A DNA stretch of 64,000 nt from Octopus sinensis (Eukaryota). A program made the position numbers and the translations under genes. Of this stretch, positions 11,373 through 24,058 are shown piece after piece. The notes beneath the pieces are model-generated. The model did not search any database, was not told the origin of the DNA, and saw nothing but the letters and a program-made list of their open reading frames with translations. Location: the NCBI RefSeq assembly GCF_006345805.1, contig NC_043023.1, positions 7,998,001 through 8,062,000 on the forward strand. Reading direction: 5' to 3'. The stretch's first letter is position 1. The number at the start of each line of letters is the position of its first letter.

Positions 11373-12349
11373 TGATGAAGATTTGCTTTAAGGTTATATT
11401 AATATTCGTAATGGTAGTTTCAAATTTTGGCCCAGGGCGAGCGGGAGTCGATGACACGGGCCCCAGAATTTCCTGAAAGGGATGAACGGCAAAGTGAACC
11501 TCGGCTGTATTTGAACCCAAGACTTACTGTCGAGATCGACTCTGGGATCTTTTCGGTTTGAACGACAGTTTTTAAAAATAATTTCCACGTAACTAAACAG
11601 TTTTAAACTTTGTATACCGGTGGAGTGTGTTTATAAAACATCTTTTTCTCTTGGCTTTCTTGAGAAAATTCTATAGTTTGTGAGATATTTGTTATTTTTT
11701 TTTCTTCAATTTCTGCAATTTCAACCAATCAATGACGGTTATTGAGGTGAAAACATTCTGTGCCGTATGAATATGTCCCTCGTTTATAAACAGATTGGGT
11801 TTATTTACATTTCTGAAGAAAAAGATACCCTTCCCCTTACCCCTAACCCTAAAAGAGATTGAAATGTAATAGATCGATACTTGGGTCATAATTATGGGTG
11901 ACAATTTCATATGACACCGCTAGAAAAAAACTGCCGTTCAAACCGAAAAGATCCCCCAAGACCTACTGTGGAGATCGACTCTGTGTTTCATTTTTTTCAG
12001 TGTGAGTAAAAAATAATAATAATCTTTGGTACTTTAGGCACAAGTCCTGAAATTTGGTAGAAGGGCGTAAGTCGATTCCATGGACCCCAGTACTGTTCTT
12101 ATTTTATCGATCTCGAAAGGCAAAGTCGACCTCGGCGGACTTTGAAGTGTTAGAGTAAAGACGGACGAAATGCTGTTAAGCATTTTGTCCAGTATGCTAA
12201 TGATTCTGCCAGTAAATAATGGAATTCTGTGAACCCTTCGAAGTTACTGCAATCTGTGAAAATGCATAGAAAGATTGAGAAAATATGCTCGCTTGTCTTA
12301 GATATAAAAAAAGGGATTTTCCTGAAAGGTATGAGGAAGGTAGGCGTAG

Positions 12350-12640
12350 GGCCGAACTAAGCCTTGTGAGTGGATTTCATAGACAGAAACTGAAAGAAGC
12401 CCTTTGTATATGTGTGTGTGTGTGTGTATATATGTTTTTGTGTGTGTGTGTATGTTTTTGTGCCTGTGTTTGTCTCCCCAACATTGCTTGACAACCGATG
12501 CTGGTGTGTTTACGTGCCCGTAACTTAGCGGTTCAGCAAAAGCAACAAATAGAATAAGTACTAGGTCGATTTGCTTGACTGTAAGGCGGTGCTCCAGCAT
12601 GGTCACAGTCAAGTGCCTGAAACAAGTAAAAGAGTAAAAG
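12350..12640 (+). mobile_element. SINE family 1, 5'-truncated, in the predicted last intron of the type-B gene
   Basis: Matches the 3' two-thirds of the 9090-9465 copy. Confidence 0.75.
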
Positions 12641-13181
12641 TTGTGTAGGTATGCCAGTCTTTCAACACTTCAATGAACTCCGACCCTTGCGAACATTGAC
12701 ATTAAACGGATGACAGTATTGATGTTGTAAAATTTGCAATGTTGAATTATTATGTCACTTAACTATTCTCTTTATATCACTGTTTCTTTTCCTCTTTCAG
12801 AATATCAGATCATGTTGACGTAAAAGAAATCTTGTCGTTCAGATGTGACTTTTGATATTTTTATGGACTTTCATCAACTAAAGGAAGGCAATATATTTAT
12901 AAGGAGCCTTCATCAATACATCAACCTTTTTATATTGATATAATCTATGACAAACAACAGCAAAATATTTTTCTTGTCTTCACTGTCTGGAATGTAGAGG
13001 AGGTGATTGCTTTACAAGTTTGGATAACTTTATGAAGGACCTGACAGTTTTCACCTGGTAATTTAGATATTAAGATCACAGCTGAAAGAAACATAGCATT
13101 AAATTATTCCCTGAAAACAGTAACTGAACTGAACACAATTATATTCTTAGAAAAGAAAAAAAAAATAATATTGTGACATAT

Positions 13182-14087
13182 ATGACAAATCATTCTCCCA
13201 TAATGAATAATTTAATAAAATCTAAAAACCCTGATACCAGAGAGAAACCATATTTCTGTGATGTCTGTGGAAAATCATTCTCTAGCAGAACTCACTTGAC
13301 CATTCACAGATGTTTTCATACGGGTGAGAAGCCATATCATTGTGATATCTGTGGTAATTCATTCTCTTGTAATAGTCAATTGACTAATCATAAACGTATT
13401 CATACTGGAGAGAAGCCATATCATTGTGATATTTGTGGTAAATCATTTTCTGAAACTTGCAATTTAACTGTTCATAAGCGTACACATACAGGAGAGAGGC
13501 CATATCATTGTGATATCTGTGGCAAATCATTCACTGCAAACAGTCATTTTACTAAACACAAGCGCGTTCATACAGGAGAGAAACCCTATCGTTGTGATAT
13601 TTGTGGAAAATTATTTTCTCAGAGAAGTCACTTGTCTGTTCACAAACGTACACATACAGGAGAGAAGCCATATCAGTGTGATATCTGCGGTAATTCATTC
13701 TCTTGTAATAGTCAGTTGACTACTCATAGACATATTCATACTGGTGAAAAACCGTATCCCTGCGATTTATGTGATAAATCATTTTCTCAAATTAATGCTT
13801 TAACTAGACACAAACGTGTTCATAATGGTGAGAAACCATATCGCTGTGATATCTGTGGTAAATCATTTTCTGAAAATAGCACTTTAACTATTCACAAGCG
13901 TATTCATACAGGTGAGAAGCCATATCAATGTATTATCTGCGGTAAATCATTTTCAGAAAATAGTCTCTTGACTAGACACAGACGTATTCATACTGGGGAA
14001 AAACCATATCAGTGTGATATCTGTGGTAAATCATTCTCACGAAAATTCCACTTAAGTAGACATATGAGTATACACACACAAGTGTGA
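13182..14087 (+). CDS. C2H2 zinc-finger protein (type B), 10 fingers
   Basis: Ten intact fingers; C-terminus HMSIHTQV*. ATG at 13182 (track start 13173 is GTG). Acceptor CAG ends at 12800; AATAAA at 14283. Confidence 0.92.
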   Translation: MTNHSPIMNNLIKSKNPDTREKPYFCDVCGKSFSSRTHLTIHRCFHTGEKPYHCDICGNSFSCNSQLTNHKRIHTGEKPYHCDICGKSFSETCNLTVHKRTHTGERPYHCDICGKSFTANSHFTKHKRVHTGEKPYRCDICGKLFSQRSHLSVHKRTHTGEKPYQCDICGNSFSCNSQLTTHRHIHTGEKPYPCDLCDKSFSQINALTRHKRVHNGEKPYRCDICGKSFSENSTLTIHKRIHTGEKPYQCIICGKSFSENSLLTRHRRIHTGEKPYQCDICGKSFSRKFHLSRHMSIHTQV

Positions 14088-16047
14088 CTGTATAAGTATT
14101 AAAATTTGTTACAACATGCCTAAAATTACTTCTAGTTTTTCTGCAAAGAGACAGGGATTTTTTTTATCTCTTCAAATTTCATGGTATCAACTTCAATTTC
14201 ATCAATGTCAACATCAAATTCAACTAAGACTTTGATTTCTGAAGATGGTCATGCTGGAGTCTTGAGGAATTTGTTATGAGAGAATAAAGAAATGAGAATA
14301 AGGAATAAAAACTGAATTAAACTGAAGTTGGTTTTGTCTATGTACTTTCATCATTGTCGTCATTTTCATCATCATCATCCTTCAGCGATAGCTTTTCTTT
14401 ATATGCTGTCATGGGTGGGACGGTTTGACATGAGCTGGCATGCTGCACCAGGTTCCAGTCCGATTTGTTTGGGTTTCTTTGGATGTATTCTCCTAATATT
14501 AACCAGTTTACAGTTTATGCTGTGTGCTTTATATCATCATCATCATCATTTAACATCCGCCTTCCAAGCTAGCATGGGTTGGACGATTTGACTGAGGACT
14601 GGTGAACGAAATGGCTGCACCAGGCTCCTTTCTAATCTGGCAGAGTTTTGACAGCTGGATGCTTTTCCTAATGCCAACCACCCCGAGAGTGTAGTGGGTG
14701 CTTTTATGTGTCACCGGCATGAGGAACAGTCAGGCAGTACTGGCAACGGCCATGCTCAAATGGTTTTAGCTCAAAAGAGATTGGTTAAAATTCAAAAAAT
14801 TAAACTACGTTAAACAAACAAATTACAATTTTCTCAAGAAGGCCAAGAGAAAAAAACGTTTTATTTTGACACATTCTACCAGTATACTAAGTTTAAAAGT
14901 GTTTAATTAACTAGAAATTGTGTTGAAAAGTGCCGTTCAAAAGGAAAAGATCCATTTAGGGTTAGGGTTAGGATCAGTGACAAGGATGTCTCAGTTTTAG
15001 ACGCAGCAAAAGATTTTAGCTAAATAGAAAATTCGAAAAATTAAACTATGTTAAACTTACAAATTACAATTTTCTCAAGAAAGCCAAGAGAAAAAGATGT
15101 TTTATTTTGACACATTCTACCAGTATACCAAGTTTTAAAGTAAATTTTACGGCAGAAATCGTTTTCACCTTAATAGATGTCTTTGATTGGTTGAAATTGC
15201 CGAAATGCAGGAAATTAAACAAATATGTTACAAACAACAGAATTTTCTCAATAAAGCCAAGAGAAAAAGATGTTTTATAAACACATTCTACCAGTATACG
15301 AAATTAAAAATGTTTTAGTTACATAGAAATTATTTTAAAAATCTGCCGGTCAAAGCGAAAAGATCCTAATGATGTGTAGGGCACTGACCATGGGCTCATC
15401 GTAGACAACATGAAGACAGGGACCTTCACTGCTGGATAGCTAGCGAGCTGGTCCAGAAAAGGGAATTCCGGTCGGGCAACATGAAGTCTTAAATCAAACA
15501 TTTTTCTGAAAGGTAAAAGTGAAGTGTGTAGTAAACTTGTGTGGGTATATCAATGTTTCAACGCCTCAATGAACTCTGACCCCTGTAAACATTGACATTA
15601 AATGGCTGACAGTGTTCATGTTGAATTACTATGTCACTTAACTATCCTCTTTATCTTACTGTTTCTTTTTATATTTCAGAATATCACATCATGTTGACAT
15701 GAAAGAAATTACTTCGTTCAGATGTGCCTTTGATATTTTCATCAACTAAAGGAAGATGATATATTTATAAGGAGCATTCATCTATACATCAACGTTTCTA
15801 TATAAATATAATCTATGACAAACAACAGCAGAATATTTTTCTTGTCTGGAATGTAGAGGAGGTGATTGCTTTACAAGTTTGGATAACTTTACAAACGAGT
15901 TGACAGTTTTCACCTGTTGATTTAGGTATTAAGTAAGATCACAGAAGAAAGAAAGATTTACATTAAATTATTCTCTAAAAAAGGGAATGCAAATGGACAC
16001 AAACATATTCATAGAAAAGAAAAAAACAATATTATTGTGATATATAT

Positions 16048-16629
16048 ATGACAAATTATCCTGTCATAATGAATAATTTAACTGAACCTAAAAACCCTGA
16101 TACAAGAGAGAAGCCATATTTCTGTGATGTGTGTGGAAAATCATTCTCTCGAAGAAATCACTTGACTATTCACAAGTGTATTCATACAGGAGAAAAGCCA
16201 TATCATTGTAATATCGGTGGTAAATCATTCTCTCGTAGTGGCAACTTGTCTGATCATAAACACATTCATACAGGAGAGAAACCTCACCATTGTGATATCT
16301 GTGGTAAATCATTCTCTGAAAATGGCAGTTTAACTAAACACAAACGCATTCATACAGGAGAGAAGCCATTTCATTGTAAGATCTGTGGCAAATCATTCAT
16401 TGAAAGTGGTCACTTGAATAAGCACAAGCGTGTTCATACAGGAGAGAAACCATATCATTGTGATATCTGTGGTGAATCATTTTCTCAAAATAGCACTTTA
16501 ACTAGTCACAAATATACTCACACAGTTGAGAAGCCATATCATTGTGACATCTGTGTTAAATCATTCTCTTGTAGTAGCCACTTGACTAAACACAAGCGCG
16601 TTCATACAGGAGAGAAATTATATCCTTGA
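16048..16629 (+). CDS. Short C2H2 zinc-finger ORF (type A2), 6 finger units, possibly pseudogenising
   Basis: Unit 2 has Cys->Gly. The stop is TGA replacing a Cys TGT codon and is followed by two decayed fingers to ~16790. Acceptor CAG ends at 15679. Confidence 0.75.
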   Translation: MTNYPVIMNNLTEPKNPDTREKPYFCDVCGKSFSRRNHLTIHKCIHTGEKPYHCNIGGKSFSRSGNLSDHKHIHTGEKPHHCDICGKSFSENGSLTKHKRIHTGEKPFHCKICGKSFIESGHLNKHKRVHTGEKPYHCDICGESFSQNSTLTSHKYTHTVEKPYHCDICVKSFSCSSHLTKHKRVHTGEKLYP

Positions 16630-16959
16630 GATATCTGAGGTTAATCATTCTCTTATAATACTCACTTGACTAATCATAAACATATACATACTGGGGGGAA
16701 AAAACCACATCACTGTGATATCTGTGATGAATAATTCTTTCAAAATGGCCACTTCAGTACACGTGAGTATTCACACACAACTGTAACTGTACCAGTAATG
16801 AAATTTATTACAACACGACAACGATAACTTCTATTTTTCTCTGCTAAAAGGCGTTTTTTTTTATCTCTTCAAATTTGATGTTATCAACTTCAAATTCATG
16901 AATATGAACCTGAATGCCGTGTATATATGGAAATATATCAACACAACAAAGCCTTTGAG

Positions 16960-17090
16960 GTGTCTTCACAAGACAGCAGCGTATTCATTCAGGGGAGAAG
17001 CCATATCATTGCAATATCTGTGGTAAATCATTCTCAAAACAATCTCACTTCAGTACACGTTTGTGTATACACACTCAAGTGTGACTATAT
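16960..17090 (+). pseudogene. Orphan terminal finger of a type-B ZNF gene with its 3' UTR
   Basis: One decayed finger ending …cactcaagtgtga, followed by sequence matching 14090-14760 (the type-B 3' region). The rest of the gene is absent. Confidence 0.7.
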
Positions 17091-17346
17091 AAGTTTTAAA
17101 ATTTGTTACAACATACATAAAATTACTTCTAGTTTTTCTGCAAAGAGACAGGGATTTTTTTTAACTCTTCAAATTTCATCAATGTCAACATCAAATTCAG
17201 CAAAGACTTTGATTTCTGAAGATGGTCATGCTGGAGTTTTGAGGAATTTGTTATGAGAGAATAAAGAAATGGGAATAATGAATAAAAACTGAATTAAACT
17301 GAAATTGGTTTTGTCTATGTACTTTCATCATTGTCGTCATTTTCAT

Positions 17347-20300
17347 CATCATCATCCTTCAGCGATAGCTTTTCTTTATATGCTGTCATGGGTGGGACAG
17401 TTTGACATGAGCTGGCAAGCCCTAATGCTGCACTAGGTTCCAGTCTGATTTGTTTTGGTTGCTTTGGATGTATTCTCCTAATATTAACCAGTTTACATTT
17501 TATGCTGTGAGCTTTATATCATCATCATCATCATTTAACATCCGCCTTCCAAGCTAGCATGGGTTGGACGATTTGACTGAAGACTCGTGAACCAAATGGC
17601 TGCACCAGGCTCCTTTCTGGTCTGGCAGAGTTTCGACATCTTGATGCCCTTCCTAATGCCAACCACTTCAAGAGTGTAGTGGGTCCTTATACATGTCACT
17701 GGCATGAGGACTTGTCAGGCTGTACTGGCAATGGCCACGCTCAAACGGTGATTTTTACGTGCCACCTGCACAGGAACCAGTCCAGCAGCACTGGCAATGA
17801 CCTCGCTCGAATACTTTTTCACGTGCCATCGGCATATGTGCCAGTAAGACAGTGCTGGTAACGATCATGCTCAAATGGTGCTTTTTACCTGCCACACAGC
17901 ATATATATATATATATATTTATAAAATTTAATAAGGGTAGAAATTGATATTAATCAATTAAAACCAATTCATATTAAAAAAATCCAAAGATTAAAATATC
18001 TTTTACATACAAAATGTAAAGGACTGACCACTAAAAGTTAATGGTCAGTCATTTGAGTTTTGTAGGTAAAAAATATATATATATATATATGTGGAAGGGC
18101 ATCCAGCTGTAGAAACTCTGCCAGATCAGACTGGAGCCTTGTGCAGGCAATTTAAAATCACAAACCAAACACCACCTTCCTTTCACTTCCCACTCTCTCT
18201 CTCTCTCATGACCTCACTGTCCCTCCTCGGATCTTTTCCTTTTGAACGGCAGACAATTTCTAGTTAACTAAACACTTTAAAACTTCGTATACTGGTAGAA
18301 TGTGTCAAAATAAAACATTTTTTTCTCTTGGCTTTCTTGAGAAAACTGTAATTTGTTTGTTTAACGTAGTTTAATTTTTCGAATTTTAACCACTGAATCG
18401 CCTCTAATTGAGCTAAAATCATTTGCTGCGTCTAAAACTGAGACAACATCCTGTCACTAATCCTAACCCTCAATTTTTATTGTTTTTAATTGTTAAATTA
18501 ATTTAGTTGTTACGCATGTAAAAAAAAACGTCCATTGCTTTAGTTTTTTTTTAGACGCGTAACAATTAATAAAAAAAAAATTAGGGTTAAGGTTAGGTTG
18601 AGGGTTAGTGAGAGGATGTTGTCTCAGTTTTAGACGCAGCAAATGATTTTAGTTGAATGGAGGTAATCGATTGGTTAAAATTGCCGAATTGCTCGAAATA
18701 TCTTACAAACTATAGAATTTTCTCAATAAAACCAAGAGAAAATGTTGTTTTATAAACACATTCTACCAGTATACGAAGTTTAAAAGTGTTTAGTTAACTA
18801 GAAATTGTGTTGACATCTGGCGTTCAAAAGGAAAAGATCCCCCTCCTCTTTTGCTCTGCTTCTCACTTCAGCTATACCTCCTCTTCTTCTTGTCGCCCTT
18901 TTCAAGCCTAGCCAGGCTCATGGAACCGGTTTCCTGGTTTCTGTGACGTATGTGGGATCTTTTCCTTTTGAACGGCATTTCGGCAATTTTAACCAATCAA
19001 TTACCTCAATTCAACTAAAATCATTTGCTGCGTCTAAAACTGAGACAACATCCTCTCACTAACCCTCAACCTAACCTTAACCCTAATTTTTTTTAAATTT
19101 TTAAATTAATTTAATTCCAATGTTTTTGTTTTTATTACACTCGTAACAATTAAGAAAAAAGAAATTTAAGGTTAGGGGGGAGGTTTAGGGTTAGTTACAG
19201 GATGTTGTCTAAGTTTTAGATGCAGCAAATGATTTTAGCTCAAAAGAGAGCATAGGATTGGTTAAAATTCGAAAAATTAAACCACGTTAAACAAACAAAT
19301 TACAATTTTCACAAGAAGGCCAATTGAAAAAAACGTTTTCTTTTGACACATTCTACCAGTATACGAAGTTTAAAAGTGTTTAATTAACTAGAAATTGTGT
19401 TGAAAACTGCCGTTCAAAAGGAAATGATCCATTTAGTGTTAGGGTTAGGATCAGTGACAGGATGTCTCAGTTTTAGACGCACCAAATGATTTTAGCTAAA
19501 TAGAAGCAATCGATTGATGAAAATTCGAAAAATTTAACTACGTTAAACAAACAAATTGCAATTTTCTCAAGAAAGCCAAGAGAAAATAATGTTTTATTGT
19601 GACACATTCTACCAGTATACGAAGTTATAAAGTGTTTAGTTAACTAGAAATTGTCTGCCGTTCAAAAGGAAGAGATCCAATTTATGTGCTGAAAAGGAGT
19701 AGACTTTATTAAAATAATCTGGTGTAAATTTGGAAACACTCGAAGGTAATTTATTGACAGAATGGGACAAAGAAAATCACTGGAGCGGAACCAACACGTC
19801 AGCAGAGCCATCTCTAGTAAAATTAAAGAAATACAATCATACGAAGGGAAGTAACTTCTACAACACAGTGAACCACTCGATGTTACAGTAATTATTTTTC
19901 GACGCGGGAACCTGACAATAATTAGGAAAATATATTTCTTCGTCTTAATTAATAACTTTGAAACTGAAATGTTGATTTGATGCTTATAAAATACTATGAC
20001 CGACTGATACATGTGATATGACTGAAATTAATTGGTAAAGTGAGAATAAAACAGCGTAATTAATTAGTAAAATGTGAGGAGTCCGATTGAAGAATTCCAC
20101 ATTAATATATGTTATCCTGTTGTTTATGAGGCATTGATAAAACGGTAAGTTGATAAAGATTTACTCTAATGTTATATTAATAATAGTAATGATGATGATG
20201 ATTTCAAAACTGGCCCAGGGTCAGCAATCTTTAATACGAGCGATAAGTCGATTGCATGGGTCCCGGTTTTTTCCCGAAAGAGATGAAAGACAAAGTCGAT

Positions 20301-23300
20301 CTCATCCGTATTTGAACTCAGGACTTTCCGCCGAGGTTGGCTTTGTATTTCATTCCATTCCGTGTGAAGAAAATAATAATGATGATGATGATAATAGTAA
20401 TCTTTTGATAATTAAAACAATAACCTTTTGTGCTTTTGACCTGAAAATTGGCGGGAAGGCATAAGTGAATTACATGGACCCTAGTACTTGATTGCTTCTT
20501 ATTTTTTCTACTTGGAAATGATGAAAGGGGACCTTGATGTGATATGAACTTTGAGAGTAATGATGCGATCTTTTCACTTTGACCGGCAGATTTTAAAAAT
20601 AATTTCTATGTAACTAAAACATTTCAAACTTCGTATACTAGCAGAATGTGCTTAAAAAACATGTTTTTCTCTTAGCTTTCTTGAGAAAATTCTGTAGTTT
20701 GTAACATATTTGTTTAATTTCTTGCATTTCGGCAATTTCAACCAATTAATGACGTCTATTGAGGTGAAAACGATTTCTGGCGGCGTTATATGAAAATGTC
20801 CCTGTTACATATTATATATTCGTTTAAGAAACAGATTGGGTTTATTTACATTTCTGAAGAAAAAAAGATACCCTTCCCCCAACCCTAAAACAGATTGAAA
20901 TGCAATAGATCAATACTAGGATCATAATTATGGGTGGACACTAAATAGGGAACGGTTTTGTTATCCAGCTCTGTTTACGAGTGACCCCTCAGTTTATGGC
21001 CACAGGGTATCTTTTTTCTCATAAAAAACAGGGGCATTTTGATATTACGCCGCCAGTATATGTTACGGCAGAAATCGTTTTCACCTCAATAGACGTCTTT
21101 GATTAGTTGAAATTGCCGAAATGCAAGAAATTAAACAACAAATATGTTACAAACAACAGAATTTTCTCAAGAAAGCAAAGAGAAAAAGATGTTTTATATA
21201 CACATTCTAATAAACTTGTGTGGGTATACCATTGTTTCAATGCCTCAATGAACTCTGACCCCTGTAAACATTGACATTAAATGGCTGACAGTGTTCATGT
21301 TGTAATATTTACAATGTTGAATTACTATGTCACTTAACTATCCTCTTTATCTTACTGCTTCTTTTTATATTTCAGAATATCACATCATGTTGACATGAAA
21401 GAAATTACTTCGTTCAGATGTGCCTTTGATATTTTTATCAACTAAAGGAAGATGATATATTTATAAGGAGCATTCATCTATACATCAACGTTTCTATATA
21501 AATATAATCTATGACAAACAACAGCAGAATATTTTTCTTGTCTGGAATGTAGAGGAGGTGATTGCTTTACATATTTGGATAACTTTACAAACGAGTTGAC
21601 AGTTTTCACCTGTTGATTTAGGTATTAAGTAAGATCACAGATGAAAGAAAGATTAACATTGAATTATTCTCTAAAAACATATTCATAGAAAAGAAAAAAA
21701 CAATATTATTGTGATATATATGACAAATTATCCTGTCATAATGAATAATTTAACTGAACCTAAAAACCCTGATACAAGAGAGAAACCATATTTCTGTGAT
21801 GTCTGTGGAAAATCATTCTCTCAAAGAACTTACTTGACTATTCACAAGCGTATTCATACAGGAGAGAAACCATATCATTGTGATATCTGTGGTAAATCAT
21901 TCTCTGAAAATGGCACTTTAACTCAACATAAACGTATTCATACAGGAGAAAAGCCATATCATTGTGATATCTGTGGTAAAACATTCTCTCAAAGTTATCA
22001 CTTAACTGATCACCGGCGCGTTCACACTGGAGAGGAACCGTATCTTTGTGATATCTGTGGTAAATCATTTTCTTGTAATAGTCACTTGACTAGACATAAA
22101 CGCATTCATACAGGAGAGAAACCTCATCATTGTGATATCTGTGGTAAAACATTCTCTCAAAGTTATCACTTGACTAAACATCTGCGCGTTCACACAGGAG
22201 AGAAACCATATCATTGTGATATCTGTGGTAAATCATTTTCTTGTAATAGTCACTTGACTAGACATAAACGCATTCATACAGGAGAGAAACCTCATCATTG
22301 TGATATCTGTGGTAAAACATTCTCTCAAAGTTATCACTTGACTAAACATCTGCGCGTTCACACAGGAGAGAAACCTCATCATTGTGATATCTGTGGTGAA
22401 TCATTCTCTGAAAATGGCAGTTTAACTAAACACATACGCATTCATACAGGAGAAAAGCCATATCATTGTGATATCTGTGGTAAATCATTCTCTGAAAATA
22501 GCACTTTAACTCAACATAAACGTATTCATACAGGAGAAAAGCCATATCATTGTGATATCTGTGGTAAATCATTTTCTTGTAATAGTCACTTGACTGTCCA
22601 TAAACGCATTCATACAGGAGAGAAACCTCATCATTGTAAGATCTGTGGCAAATCATTCATTGAAAGTGGTCAATTGAATAAGCACAAGCATGTTCATACA
22701 GGAGAGAAACCATATCATTGTGATATCTGTGGTAAATCATTCTCTTGTAGTGGCCACTTGTCTGATCATAAACGCATTCATACAGGGGAAAAACCATATC
22801 ATTGTGATATCTGTGGTAAATCATTCTCTTGCAGTAGCCACTTGTCTGATCATAAACGCATTCATACAGGGGAAAAACCATATCATTGTGATATCTGTGG
22901 TAAATCATTCTCTCGTAATAGTCAATTGGTTAATCACAAACGCATTCATACAGGAGAGAAGCCATTTCATTGTAAGATCTGTGGCAAATCATTCATTGAA
23001 AATGGCACTTTAACTAAACACAAGCGTGTTCATACAGGTGAGAAACCATATCATTGTGATATCTGTGGTAAAACATTCTCTCGTAGTGGCCACTTGTCTG
23101 ATCATAAACGCATTCATACAGGGGAAAAACCATATCATTGTGATATCTGTGGTAAAACATTCTCTTACAGTAGTCAATTGTGTAGACATAAACGCATTCA
23201 TAAAGGGGAAAAACCATATCATTGTGACATCTGTGGTAAATCATTCTCTGAAAGTGGTATCCTAACTAAACACCAGTGCAGGATAGAAACCATATTGTGA

Positions 23301-24018
23301 TATCTGTGGTAAATCATTCTCTGAAAGTGGTGTCCTAACTAAACACCAGTGCAGGATAGAAACCATATCATTGTGATATCTGTGGTAAATCATTCTCATA
23401 CAATGGTGACTTGACTAATTATAAACATATTCATACTGGGGAAAAACAATATCACTGTGATATCTATGGTCAATCTTTCTCTCAAAAACGCCATTTATGT
23501 ACACGTGAGTATTCACACAAAAGTGCAGCCATTCAGTATTAATCTTTATTACAACAATTATGGCTATTTTTTTCTGCTGAAAGACAGGGCTATTTTTATC
23601 TCTTCAAATATGATGTTATCGACTTCAATTTCAATAATGTCAACATCAAATTCTTGAATGTCATGTATATATATGGAAGTATATCAACAATGTCTTTGAT
23701 TTCTGAAGATGATTGCTCTGGATTTTTGAGCAATTTGTTTTGAGAGAATAAAGAAATGGGAATAATGAATAAAAGGTTACACTGAAGTTGGTTTTGTCTT
23801 TATGTTTTCATCATTGTCGCTGTTATCATCATCCTTTAGTGAAATTTTTTGTCTTTACTGGCATGGGTGGCACAGTGTGACATTAGCTAGAAAACCATGA
23901 TGCTGCACTAGGTTCCAGTCTGATTTGTTTGGGTTTCTTTGGATGTATTCTCCTAATAGAGTTTATGCTGTGTGCTTCAAATATATGTGTGCATATGCAC
24001 ACACACATACACATATAT

Positions 24019-24058
<40 letters not shown>

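Noticed and set aside
21838-23265. Alternative-frame and antisense ORFs over ZNF exons ([11 protein letters not shown] and MIYHRYHND types)
   Set aside because: They are by-products of the periodic finger codons; the same applies at 5621, 13510, 32691, 39236, 50063, 51767 and 53111.
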